Source: an uncultured archaeon
GTDB taxonomy: Archaea > Asgardarchaeota > Jordiarchaeia > Jordiarchaeales > Jordiarchaeaceae
Direction: 5' to 3'
Length of the DNA stretch: 19,125 nucleotides
Assembly (NCBI GenBank): GCA_964510585.1
Contig: CAZECW010000125.1
Location: 1-19,125, forward strand
Under the pieces are notes generated by a model. That model was not told the DNA's origin. It searched no databases and saw only the letters and a program-made list of their open reading frames with translations. Made by a program: the position numbers and the translations under genes. Of the stretch, positions 8,481-15,927 are shown one piece after another (within the stretch, counting starts at the first letter, position 1; each line of letters begins with the position of its first letter).

Positions 8481-8908
8481 GAGTCTCATACAGTTTTTCT
8501 GAGGGAGGATACACAGCTCAGGGAGATATAATACCGGATGTGCCAATCGTCAACTTGGCTCTTAAGGTGGGAAGATGCAGAGCCAGAGGCCCGGCAATAA
8601 TTGACACTGGGTTTGACGGAGGCGTTTACCCAAATATGGAAATTACGAGACTCTTTAAAGACGCTGAACCTCTCCTAGTAGTAGAATTTGAAAATCCGCT
8701 CTATGGAAGAACGGAGTTTGAGGTATTCACCGCTCAAGCCTTCCTAAATTATGGGAGAGACTACTTTAGTATAGGTGAGGTGAAAGTCTACGTACCAACC
8801 GAACCCGAACACATAACTGGAGAGGTATTAGTTGGCAGGGAAATACTCAACCAGTTCAAAGCCCTACTACTGGAACCCCAAACAAAAACCTTAACCATAG
8901 ACCTATAG
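8477..8908 (+). CDS. Clan AA (retropepsin-like) aspartic protease (about 143 aa)
   Basis: AIIDTGFDG catalytic DTG motif and C-terminal VLVGREILNQF (hhGRxhL). Start moved to GTG 8477, which forms a GTGA overlap with the RHH stop and has GGAGG/GAGGA upstream. Confidence 0.85.
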   Translation: MRVSYSFSEGGYTAQGDIIPDVPIVNLALKVGRCRARGPAIIDTGFDGGVYPNMEITRLFKDAEPLLVVEFENPLYGRTEFEVFTAQAFLNYGRDYFSIGEVKVYVPTEPEHITGEVLVGREILNQFKALLLEPQTKTLTIDL

Positions 8909-9092
8909 TAGAAATAAGCGAAAACTTAACTAAATAGTTAAGATTAACAACCTTTTTGAAAAACCCGTTTTGGACACCCATTTCTTCCACAAAATCGTTG
9001 GCGAGAACGCACCGACAGGCTGCAGGGAGTGTCGGATGCTTGAAGTCACTTGTTCGTGAAAATTTTTGGTTTATGGTTCGGAACTTTTAGGG

Positions 9093-9374
9093 TTAATCTA
9101 TTTTTGGTGTGAATTTGAGTACCAGCCAGTGGCGTCTTGAGATTCTCAGAGCAACTTTGTTTTTGCCGTGTATCACCTGTTTGGCGTATGGCTTTATTTC
9201 TTCAAGTATTGAGGCGTCGCTTCCAGAAAATTCCACTTTTAGGGGGAGGTGTGAAACTTTGAAGATATTTCCTCCGAGCTGGTAGTATTCAGCCCAGGGC
9301 CCCACAAGTTTGAATCCCCTATCTTCGAGAATTTTCAGGACCTCTTGTGGAATCACGTCTGATAATTTTAACAT
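9093..9374 (-). CDS. Small hypothetical protein (93 aa) coupled to the nucleotidyltransferase
   Basis: ATG at 9374 overlaps the upstream stop by 7 nt. Composition is protein-like and the ORF fills the space. Confidence 0.72.
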   Translation of the reverse strand: MLKLSDVIPQEVLKILEDRGFKLVGPWAEYYQLGGNIFKVSHLPLKVEFSGSDASILEEIKPYAKQVIHGKNKVALRISRRHWLVLKFTPKID

Positions 9375-9895
9375 TGTTTAGCCCCCAACCGCCTGGATAA
9401 TTTATTAAATTCTTTAAGTAGCCCTGCTTCTCTAACTCTTTTACATAGGAGACCGTAATCTATTTTCTCAGCTTTCACTAGTACATCTTTTAAATCTTCG
9501 TAGTCCCTTCGACCAAAGGCCATAAGCTTTGTTACTATTAAATCCTCTATGGATGGTAGGTAAAGATTGCCACGAATTTTTTTTGAGTGCTTTTTGAAAT
9601 CAGCATCGTATATCATTAAAGGCACATTTACATCGATTCTATTGCTGCTTGAAGTTTTTATAGAGAGCCCCCAGCTTCGCCACTGAACGTTAAATCCTCT
9701 CTTTCTCAGCTCCTCTGTTATTTTTCCTCTTAGCTCCTCAACATTACCAACTGACACCATAACATCAATATCCTTCGTTGTGCGGTGTAGAAGACCGTGA
9801 AGAATTAGTGCCCTCGCCCCAATCAAGTAGACGTCATAATTATATTTCTCAAAAACTTTCAACAATTCCTCAAAATCCACAGGAAACTCAAACAT
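9368..9895 (-). CDS. DNA polymerase beta-superfamily nucleotidyltransferase (DUF6036/AbiEii-like, 175 aa)
   Basis: YLIGARALILHG…RTTKDID (G…R-T-x-D-x-D) and C-terminal SIEDLIVTKL…GRRDYED. GGGTGG RBS. Confidence 0.82.
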   Translation of the reverse strand: MFEFPVDFEELLKVFEKYNYDVYLIGARALILHGLLHRTTKDIDVMVSVGNVEELRGKITEELRKRGFNVQWRSWGLSIKTSSSNRIDVNVPLMIYDADFKKHSKKIRGNLYLPSIEDLIVTKLMAFGRRDYEDLKDVLVKAEKIDYGLLCKRVREAGLLKEFNKLSRRLGAKQC

Positions 9896-9911
9896 TAGAC
9901 CACCCTTTATC

Positions 9912-9940
9912 TAAAGCTTTAATCCAAACATATTTAATAT
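9912..9940 (-). promoter_or_regulatory. Putative promoter of the NTase cassette: TATA-like TTAAATA (9937-9931) and perfect palindrome TAAAGCTTTA (9912-9921)
   Basis: Both elements are read directly. The palindrome lies between the TATA-like box and the RBS. Confidence 0.4.
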
Positions 9941-9961
9941 TCACGTTTTATTAGAATCTTC

Positions 9962-9977
9962 AAAAAAGTAAAAAAAA
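9962..9977 (-). terminator. Oligo-T tract (T8-AC-T6), likely end of the GRE-activase transcript
   Basis: The plus strand reads AAAAAAGTAAAAAAAA. It lies downstream of the activase stop and upstream of the NTase promoter. Confidence 0.45.
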
Positions 9978-10114
9978 TAGGGTTTGTTACTATGGAGTCT
10001 TCAAATATTGATGAAGAGAAGCTACAAATATTATCTAATGTGGAAATAATTTGATACACCGTCTTGGAATTAAGAAGCTTGTTAGCATTTTTGAGGGGTG
10101 GTATTTGTTTGGTG

Positions 10115-11014
10115 TTAGAAATTTTCGAATTCGAAATGGGAGAAGATGTTTTTTATTTTTTCTTTTTCGTCCTTGTTTAGCCATTCTGAGCGGTGGTATT
10201 CTGGTTTTACTCCGATTTTTTCTGGTTTAGATAGCCATAGTGGGTTGTAGGGTAATAGGCCGATTTTTTTGATATTTAGAGATTTTAGGTATTGGGCTAG
10301 TTTGGTTAGATTTTCTTCTGTGGCGGTGATGTTGGGGATTAGTGGGATTCGTGGTAGGACTTCTAGTTTCTGGTGTTTTATTAAATCCTCGAAGTTGCTG
10401 AAGATTTTTTCATTTTTTGCTCTACAGTACTTCAAGTGTAAGTCAGGGTCGAATATTTTTAAATCAAAATAGATGAGGTCTACGTAGGGTAATATTAATT
10501 CGTTGAATTTTTCGCGGTTATAGTATCCGCTGGTTTCTATGCAGACGTGGATATTTTCCTTTTTGAGTTCCTTTAATAGTTGGTTTACATATTCCATGTG
10601 GTAGAGGGGCTCGCCGCCGGATAGGGTGACTCCGCCACCAGAGTTCTTATAAAAAATTTTGTCTTTTAATATGATGTCAACGAGTTCTCTTATTTCGTAT
10701 TCTTTGCCCACAAATTTTAGTGCCTCATTTGGGCATACCTTTATGCATTCGCCGCAGAGATTACATAGACTGCGATCTATGCGGTAGGGGTATGAGAAGT
10801 CTATGGCCTTCATTTTGCAGGCTTCTATGCATCTTCCGCATTCTCCACAGTTTTCCCTGTAGAAGGCTATTTCCTGATTTGGATTTTTGGTCTCGGGATT
10901 TTGGCACCAGACACAGGATAGGGGACACCCTTTAAAGAAAATTAGGGTGCGTATCCCAGGGCCGTCATCCAATGCGTTTCTCTTAATGTCCACTATTAAT
11001 GTTCTTTTCGTCAT
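10115..11014 (-). CDS. Glycyl-radical enzyme activating enzyme (radical SAM) with 2x[4Fe-4S] ferredoxin insert (299 aa)
   Basis: DGPGIRTLIFFKGCPLSCVWCQNPE; inserted CGECGRCIEAC and CNLCGECIKVCP; GGGVTLSGGEP; ETSG; DLK; PRIPLIP; LLPYN. Confidence 0.95.
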   Translation of the reverse strand: MTKRTLIVDIKRNALDDGPGIRTLIFFKGCPLSCVWCQNPETKNPNQEIAFYRENCGECGRCIEACKMKAIDFSYPYRIDRSLCNLCGECIKVCPNEALKFVGKEYEIRELVDIILKDKIFYKNSGGGVTLSGGEPLYHMEYVNQLLKELKKENIHVCIETSGYYNREKFNELILPYVDLIYFDLKIFDPDLHLKYCRAKNEKIFSNFEDLIKHQKLEVLPRIPLIPNITATEENLTKLAQYLKSLNIKKIGLLPYNPLWLSKPEKIGVKPEYHRSEWLNKDEKEKIKNIFSHFEFENF

Positions 11015-11029
11015 TGCTTCTCAACTATT

Positions 11030-11054
11030 AAAAAGTTAAAGAAAAAGAAAAAAA
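11030..11054 (-). terminator. Oligo-T terminator-like tract between the GRE and its activase
   Basis: The minus strand reads TTTTTTTCTTTTTCTTTAACTTTTT, 6 nt after the GRE TAA (11061-11063). Confidence 0.5.
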
Positions 11055-11060
11055 TGTTTT

Positions 11061-14030
11061 TTATCTTGAGCAGAACTCTGTCCTCTCAATTATTTCCTGC
11101 TGCATGTTCTTGTTCAATTTTACAAAGTAGGCATTGTATCCAGATACCCGAACCAGCAGCCAGCGGTAATCGTCGGGATTTTTCATAGCGTCCCTAAGTG
11201 TGTCTGAAGTTATTACGTTAAATTGCCACTGCATCCCACCTAGGTCAAAGAAGCTCTGAACATAGCTGGTGAACAAGTCAAGTGTTTTCTTGTGTGAATC
11301 TCCCGGATGTGGCACAAGCTTCACATTGAAGGAGGCATTGTTGGGCATTTTCAGATAGTTCATGCTTGCTATTGAGCGGATGTTTTGGAGTAACTGGTCT
11401 GAGGGACCTGGGGCGGGGGTGAGTCCAGGGGTGAAGGCTTTCCCCTTCTTTCTTCCTGAGGGTAGGGCTCCGGAGAGCATGCCGAAACCTACATGGTAGC
11501 TTATGGACCAGTATCCTACGAGGTAGTTTCCTCCGCGATAGTTTTTGGCTGGGTTGTATATGTCGAAGCAGTAATCTATTAGGTCTTGGGCTACCTCATT
11601 GGTTCCTGGCTCATCTGAGCCGAACTTGGGAACCTTCTGGATTTTGCGTAGTACCTCCTCGGTTCCATTCTCGAAATTGTTTTCCAGGGCGTTCATTAGG
11701 GTTGGCCAATCTAGAACCTTCTTTTTATAGATTAAGTCCCTTATGACAAGTAGGCTGTCCACAACGTCAGTCAATGAAACCAAAGCCACTCCAGAAGTGT
11801 TGTAAATGGCTCCACCATTAACTACATCGGTTCCCTTCTCCAAGCAGCCCTCAAACATTGACGAGAGAAGCGGGGTTGGATGTATGTACTGGTGTGCATA
11901 TCCTAGGTAATTGTTAATTTCAATCGATTTTTCTGCTAGGTATCTTAACTGTGTTTTGTAGGCGTTGAGGAAATCCTCAAATGTGTCGAATGAGTTTCTA
12001 ACATCCCCAGTTTCTGGACCTATTTTTTCGCCCATCACTGGATGTACTCCATTGTTGAGAGCCATTTCCAGGGGGGCAACAAGGTTTAGAAGCATGCAGT
12101 TTGTGTGGCCGAAGTGTTTTCCAACTATTGTGGGCTCAACGCAGCCGGTGGCAGCCCAATCCCTTGCATCTTCGATGGGGATTCCCTGGTAGACTAGGGC
12201 TTCAATCATTGCCTTATCGTTGTGGATGGAGGGGGAGGCAACCATGTTAATGTTTACTTCGCATAGTCGTCTCAAATATTCCTTAGAATTTACTCCAGTA
12301 TAGTATCGGGCGTTCATGTTTGGGTCTTGGAAGCATAGCATTTCCGCCACTTTGAGAATAATGTAGGTCATATCGTTTACAGCATTTTTTCCCTCCCTGT
12401 CTACTCCTCCCACGGTTACAGTGTCGTCTGAGGAACTGCCACCAAAAAGTTTGTTTCCAACACTGGGCACCAGTGGGTCGTGGTCGTTAATCCTGAGGAA
12501 GAAGTGTCCCACCAGCTCTATGGTTCTTTTTACTATTTCTTCCCTCTCTTTGTCGGTTTTTGCTTGTGACATTTCTTTCTCAAAGTAGGGTTGAAGCATT
12601 TGGTCCAGCCTTCCAATGGACATGGCGGAATTAGCGTTTTCAGCATGGATGCAGGTCCATGTTATCCAGAGGGAAGTTAGTGCTTCATGTATGGTTTCTG
12701 CGGGTTTTGCTGGTACCTTGGCGCAGATTCTTGATATTTCTTTTAGTTCCTCTATTCTTTTGGCTTGTTGGGGGTCGTTTGGGTTTAGGGTTTCCGCTAT
12801 TCTTAGAGCTTCCTTACTTAGGTTTTTGGCGTGGTTTAGGACTCCATCGATTACTATTTGGACTGCCTTGTAGAAGTTCTTTTTCTCTGGAGATTTTGCC
12901 TGTTTCTCCTTTAAAGCCGCTTCCTCCCTGATTTTTTCAAATCCCATGGTTAGTACCTTGGGGAGCCCTGGAACAGTGTGGGATATGGCATTGTTCTTCA
13001 TCATAAAGTATAGTACGAATCTCTCCTCTAATTGTTGGGAGATGGGGTTTCCATACTTTTGTCTGCAGTATTCGCGGACGTTTCTATCCATCCAGTATGG
13101 GAAAACTTCGAAGTTTAGAATATCTGCATCTTGGGGGGAAATGTCATTGGGGTTGAGTTCCCTCTTATATATTGTCCTCAACTCTGGCCAGATAGCGGTT
13201 CCTATCAGTTCGGGATAGATGGGTATGCCCACCTCTTTAGTGGTTGTGGAGCCGGGAATGAGGTATTGGTCGTGGATTATGGGTTTGCGGTTTGTCAATA
13301 TGTGGTATAGTGCTTTTGCCTGGCGGAGTTCTGGGTCGATTGGTTTTCCATTCTTGTCCGTTTCGAAACCGTTCTCTCTGTGGTATTCTGTTAGAAGCTT
13401 GGCTCTCTCCACACAAATTGCGGGTTTGAGGGCGTAGCGGCGGTTCTTCAAGTATTTTAGGCGTGGAAAATCATCAATGGAATATTTTCCCAGGTAGGGG
13501 TCTTCAAGAAACTTTACGTTGTCCACCTTTCGACCCAGGATTTCGTTTTGGAGGCGTTTCCTCTTCTCCTTATCGATGTCCCCTATAGGGTAGAGTAACC
13601 TGTTTCCGGGGCCCTTGTAGCCCTTTATCTTGGCTCCCTTAATAACAGTGGTCATGTAGGAGAACTTGGTGAGGTAAGCCATGTTCCCAACATAATTCAT
13701 CTCATTGGTTAACAAGTAGTTGAGGGATTCCTCAGGACTCTTGTTCCAGATTTTAGCCATGGTTTCTTTATCTTTATAGTAAATGGTAATGTTTGGGTTC
13801 TCGATTACCCCGTCACTTACCTTCATTTTTCCGTCCTTAAAAACCACATATATGTTGACTTTGCCGTCACGGGTTTTGAACTGGTACTTCGCGTTGAAAA
13901 TGAATCCTGTTTCCTTATTGTAAATCTCCTTACGAAGTTTTGGACTTATTCTAAACAGTAACCCCATCAGTCTCAACGAAAGCTTAAACATTCCAATCGA
14001 AAGGTTACTTTTAAACTCTTTAAGACTCAT
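11061..14030 (-). CDS. Glycyl radical enzyme (PFL2/dehydratase-like superfamily) with N-terminal SCP2-like extension (about 989 aa)
   Basis: Gly loop RVSGY (Gly codon 11141-11139), single-Cys loop GCVEP (Cys codon 12143-12141), GRLDQ, SHTVPG, LPSGR. Start moved from TTG 14048 to ATG 14030 because of the AGGTGG RBS. Confidence 0.93.
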   Translation of the reverse strand: MSLKEFKSNLSIGMFKLSLRLMGLLFRISPKLRKEIYNKETGFIFNAKYQFKTRDGKVNIYVVFKDGKMKVSDGVIENPNITIYYKDKETMAKIWNKSPEESLNYLLTNEMNYVGNMAYLTKFSYMTTVIKGAKIKGYKGPGNRLLYPIGDIDKEKRKRLQNEILGRKVDNVKFLEDPYLGKYSIDDFPRLKYLKNRRYALKPAICVERAKLLTEYHRENGFETDKNGKPIDPELRQAKALYHILTNRKPIIHDQYLIPGSTTTKEVGIPIYPELIGTAIWPELRTIYKRELNPNDISPQDADILNFEVFPYWMDRNVREYCRQKYGNPISQQLEERFVLYFMMKNNAISHTVPGLPKVLTMGFEKIREEAALKEKQAKSPEKKNFYKAVQIVIDGVLNHAKNLSKEALRIAETLNPNDPQQAKRIEELKEISRICAKVPAKPAETIHEALTSLWITWTCIHAENANSAMSIGRLDQMLQPYFEKEMSQAKTDKEREEIVKRTIELVGHFFLRINDHDPLVPSVGNKLFGGSSSDDTVTVGGVDREGKNAVNDMTYIILKVAEMLCFQDPNMNARYYTGVNSKEYLRRLCEVNINMVASPSIHNDKAMIEALVYQGIPIEDARDWAATGCVEPTIVGKHFGHTNCMLLNLVAPLEMALNNGVHPVMGEKIGPETGDVRNSFDTFEDFLNAYKTQLRYLAEKSIEINNYLGYAHQYIHPTPLLSSMFEGCLEKGTDVVNGGAIYNTSGVALVSLTDVVDSLLVIRDLIYKKKVLDWPTLMNALENNFENGTEEVLRKIQKVPKFGSDEPGTNEVAQDLIDYCFDIYNPAKNYRGGNYLVGYWSISYHVGFGMLSGALPSGRKKGKAFTPGLTPAPGPSDQLLQNIRSIASMNYLKMPNNASFNVKLVPHPGDSHKKTLDLFTSYVQSFFDLGGMQWQFNVITSDTLRDAMKNPDDYRWLLVRVSGYNAYFVKLNKNMQQEIIERTEFCSR

Positions 14031-14287
14031 CAAACCACCTAGAATCAAATTTTTATTTAGTCTCCCTCATCAATCATCACTACATGTTCTCTCCAGTTTA
14101 TAATTGGGAAACAACAGCTTTTTGAACATTTTATTTCAAGTAAGAGTATAATAAACATTTTGTTTTGGTAAATTGTACTGAAATCTAAAAACCTAAAGGT
14201 TAAAAATTTATTAGTAAACGGTGAAAAATAATTCATTAAAATAGAAGTTGGAACAATCTGGAGGGTGATTGAACGCCGTCCAAAACG

Positions 14288-15106
14288 TTGAATGTACTCG
14301 CAATTTTTGCCCATCCTGATGATCTCTCATTCTTCTGCTCAGGAACACTAGCCAAATGGGCGGAGCAGGGACACAAAATTTACGCTTTATGCGTCACAAG
14401 CGGCAATGTGGGAACACTAAGAACAGACCTTAAAAAGGAAGATGTGGCTGAAATGCGGGAAAAGGAGCTCAGAGCCGCCAACGAAATACTTGGAGTGAAG
14501 GAAACCCTAATTTTGGGTTATCCAGATGGGGGATTCATAAACGCTCCAGAACTACGGGAAAAACTAATCTATTACGTTAGAAAATACAAGGCAGACCGTG
14601 TAGTAACCTTTGACCCCTGGGTAGCCTACGAGGTGCACCCCGACCACGTGGTTGTGGGAAGAATGGCCGCGGAAGCAGCGGCCTTCGCAGCCTTCCCCCT
14701 TTTATACCCCGAACAAATTAGGAGTGGAGTTGAACCCTACGCCTGTTCCGAGGTGTGGTTTATGGGGCTACTGGGCCATCCCCCAAACTGCTTTGTGGAT
14801 ATCTCTCAAACCCTGGAAAAAAAGGTGAAGGCCTCCTTAAAGTTTGAAGCCACACTCACACTCCTAGCCCGACTATTTGCTCCCAACATTGACCCCACCC
14901 GGGTAACTTCGGAGGACTTGAAGATCCTATCTCAACATGCAGACACACTCCTACGCTTTATGGCCTCCACCATAGGGGAGAAAGTAAAGTTAAAAGCGGC
15001 TGAAGCATTCTTTGTCCAAAGAACTCTACCGGGACATTTTGATAACTTTCAACAAATAATGCTGGAGATGCTGGGAAACCCGCCTGAACCACCCAAAATC
15101 TGCTAA
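14288..15106 (+). CDS. PIG-L/LmbE-family Zn-dependent de-N-acetylase (272 aa; probable true start ACG 14273)
   Basis: AHPDD, TSG..G, R..E…A…LG, PDG, HPDH, VDIS…KK..A, AEAF motifs. Confidence 0.92.
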   Translation: MNVLAIFAHPDDLSFFCSGTLAKWAEQGHKIYALCVTSGNVGTLRTDLKKEDVAEMREKELRAANEILGVKETLILGYPDGGFINAPELREKLIYYVRKYKADRVVTFDPWVAYEVHPDHVVVGRMAAEAAAFAAFPLLYPEQIRSGVEPYACSEVWFMGLLGHPPNCFVDISQTLEKKVKASLKFEATLTLLARLFAPNIDPTRVTSEDLKILSQHADTLLRFMASTIGEKVKLKAAEAFFVQRTLPGHFDNFQQIMLEMLGNPPEPPKIC

Positions 15107-15297
15107 AATCCAATCACTTCTAAACGCTACCCTATCTCTCAAAATAATAAGTGAGAATTTGGACCCCCAGAAAAATGGAGTCCCGAAGCCCCACCTCGCA
15201 TTCCAACCTTTTTTCCATAACTTTGCAGAAATCTGCTTTTCTACATTACTTTGGCAGCGATGTTTTTTTGGAAAATCTATTGGATGCTAAATCCGTT

Positions 15298-15696
15298 CTA
15301 GTAGAGTTCAACTTGAAACTCTTCGATATTTTTGTAGCTCTCATCCTTGGTGACGAGCTTTGCATTGTTTTCTATGGCGACAGCTGCAATTAAAACGTCT
15401 ATGAGATTCATCTGTCTGCCTTTTTCTTTTAGCTCAAATTCAATGTTTGCCGCTATTCTTGCGGAGGAAGCTGTGAAGGGTAAAACAGTTAGTCTCTCAA
15501 GAAACCTTACAGCATCACTATATTCCTTCACTCTCCCCGCTATTTTTGGGCCCCTCAAGATTTCCCAAGCCACAATTGAAGTGGTTAAAAGAGGATACTC
15601 TCTAATTTCTTTATATTTCTGTATTGAGTGCTCCTTTCCTCTCAAAAAGTCTACCAAGAAGGTTGTTTCAAGGCAGTATCTTTGCGTTTTTATCAA
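15298..15696 (-). CDS. vapC: VapC PIN-domain toxin
   Basis: YCLETTFLVDFLRG, SIVAWEILRG, IDVLIAA, LVTKD. Likely start TTG 15696 with GAGGGGAG upstream; it overlaps the antitoxin 3' end. Confidence 0.88.
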   Translation of the reverse strand: MIKTQRYCLETTFLVDFLRGKEHSIQKYKEIREYPLLTTSIVAWEILRGPKIAGRVKEYSDAVRFLERLTVLPFTASSARIAANIEFELKEKGRQMNLIDVLIAAVAIENNAKLVTKDESYKNIEEFQVELY

Positions 15697-15889
15697 ACTC
15701 TTTTCTCCCCTCAAGTATTACCTTCTCAATTTCTTCGGCGTCTTTCCAGGCTCCAGCAAACTCAATCAGGTTCTTTTTTTTCCCCTCAGTAAGTCTGATT
15801 ATGACATCGCTAAAGCTTTCACCTTCCAGTTTCTCCCTCTTTAACCGTTCATATGCTTCAAGGGTTATTGTCAAAGTCTTAGTTGGCAT
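15668..15889 (-). CDS. vapB: VapB antitoxin (DUF217-like, 73 aa)
   Basis: TKTLTIT.EAYERLKR.K..GESFSDVIIRL signature, directly upstream of the PIN gene. Confidence 0.88.
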   Translation of the reverse strand: MPTKTLTITLEAYERLKREKLEGESFSDVIIRLTEGKKKNLIEFAGAWKDAEEIEKVILEGRKEFDKNAKILP

Positions 15890-15895
15890 AATATT

Positions 15896-15927
15896 TACGT
15901 GTACACGTATGTTTATAAATCTTTTCC
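15896..15927 (-). promoter_or_regulatory. vapBC promoter: purine-rich BRE, TTTATAAA (15919-15912) and perfect 14-bp palindrome TACGTGTACACGTA (15896-15909)
   Basis: Read directly. The TATA is about 25 nt from ATG 15889 (leaderless geometry), and the palindrome fills the space between them. Confidence 0.7.

Noticed and set aside
9992-10054. Mini-ORF MESSNIDEEKLQILSNVEII* with AGGGT upstream
   Set aside because: Only 20 codons and no homology signal; cannot be separated from chance.
11061-14030. Annotation of the GRE as pyruvate formate-lyase or as an alkyl/benzylsuccinate synthase
   Set aside because: It lacks the PFL Cys-Cys pair and the fumarate-adding Cys-loop motif, and no small BSS/ASS subunit genes are adjacent.
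14057-14314. 85-aa minus-strand ORF across the GRE/deacetylase intergenic region
   Set aside because: It covers the AT-rich divergent promoter region and overlaps the deacetylase start.
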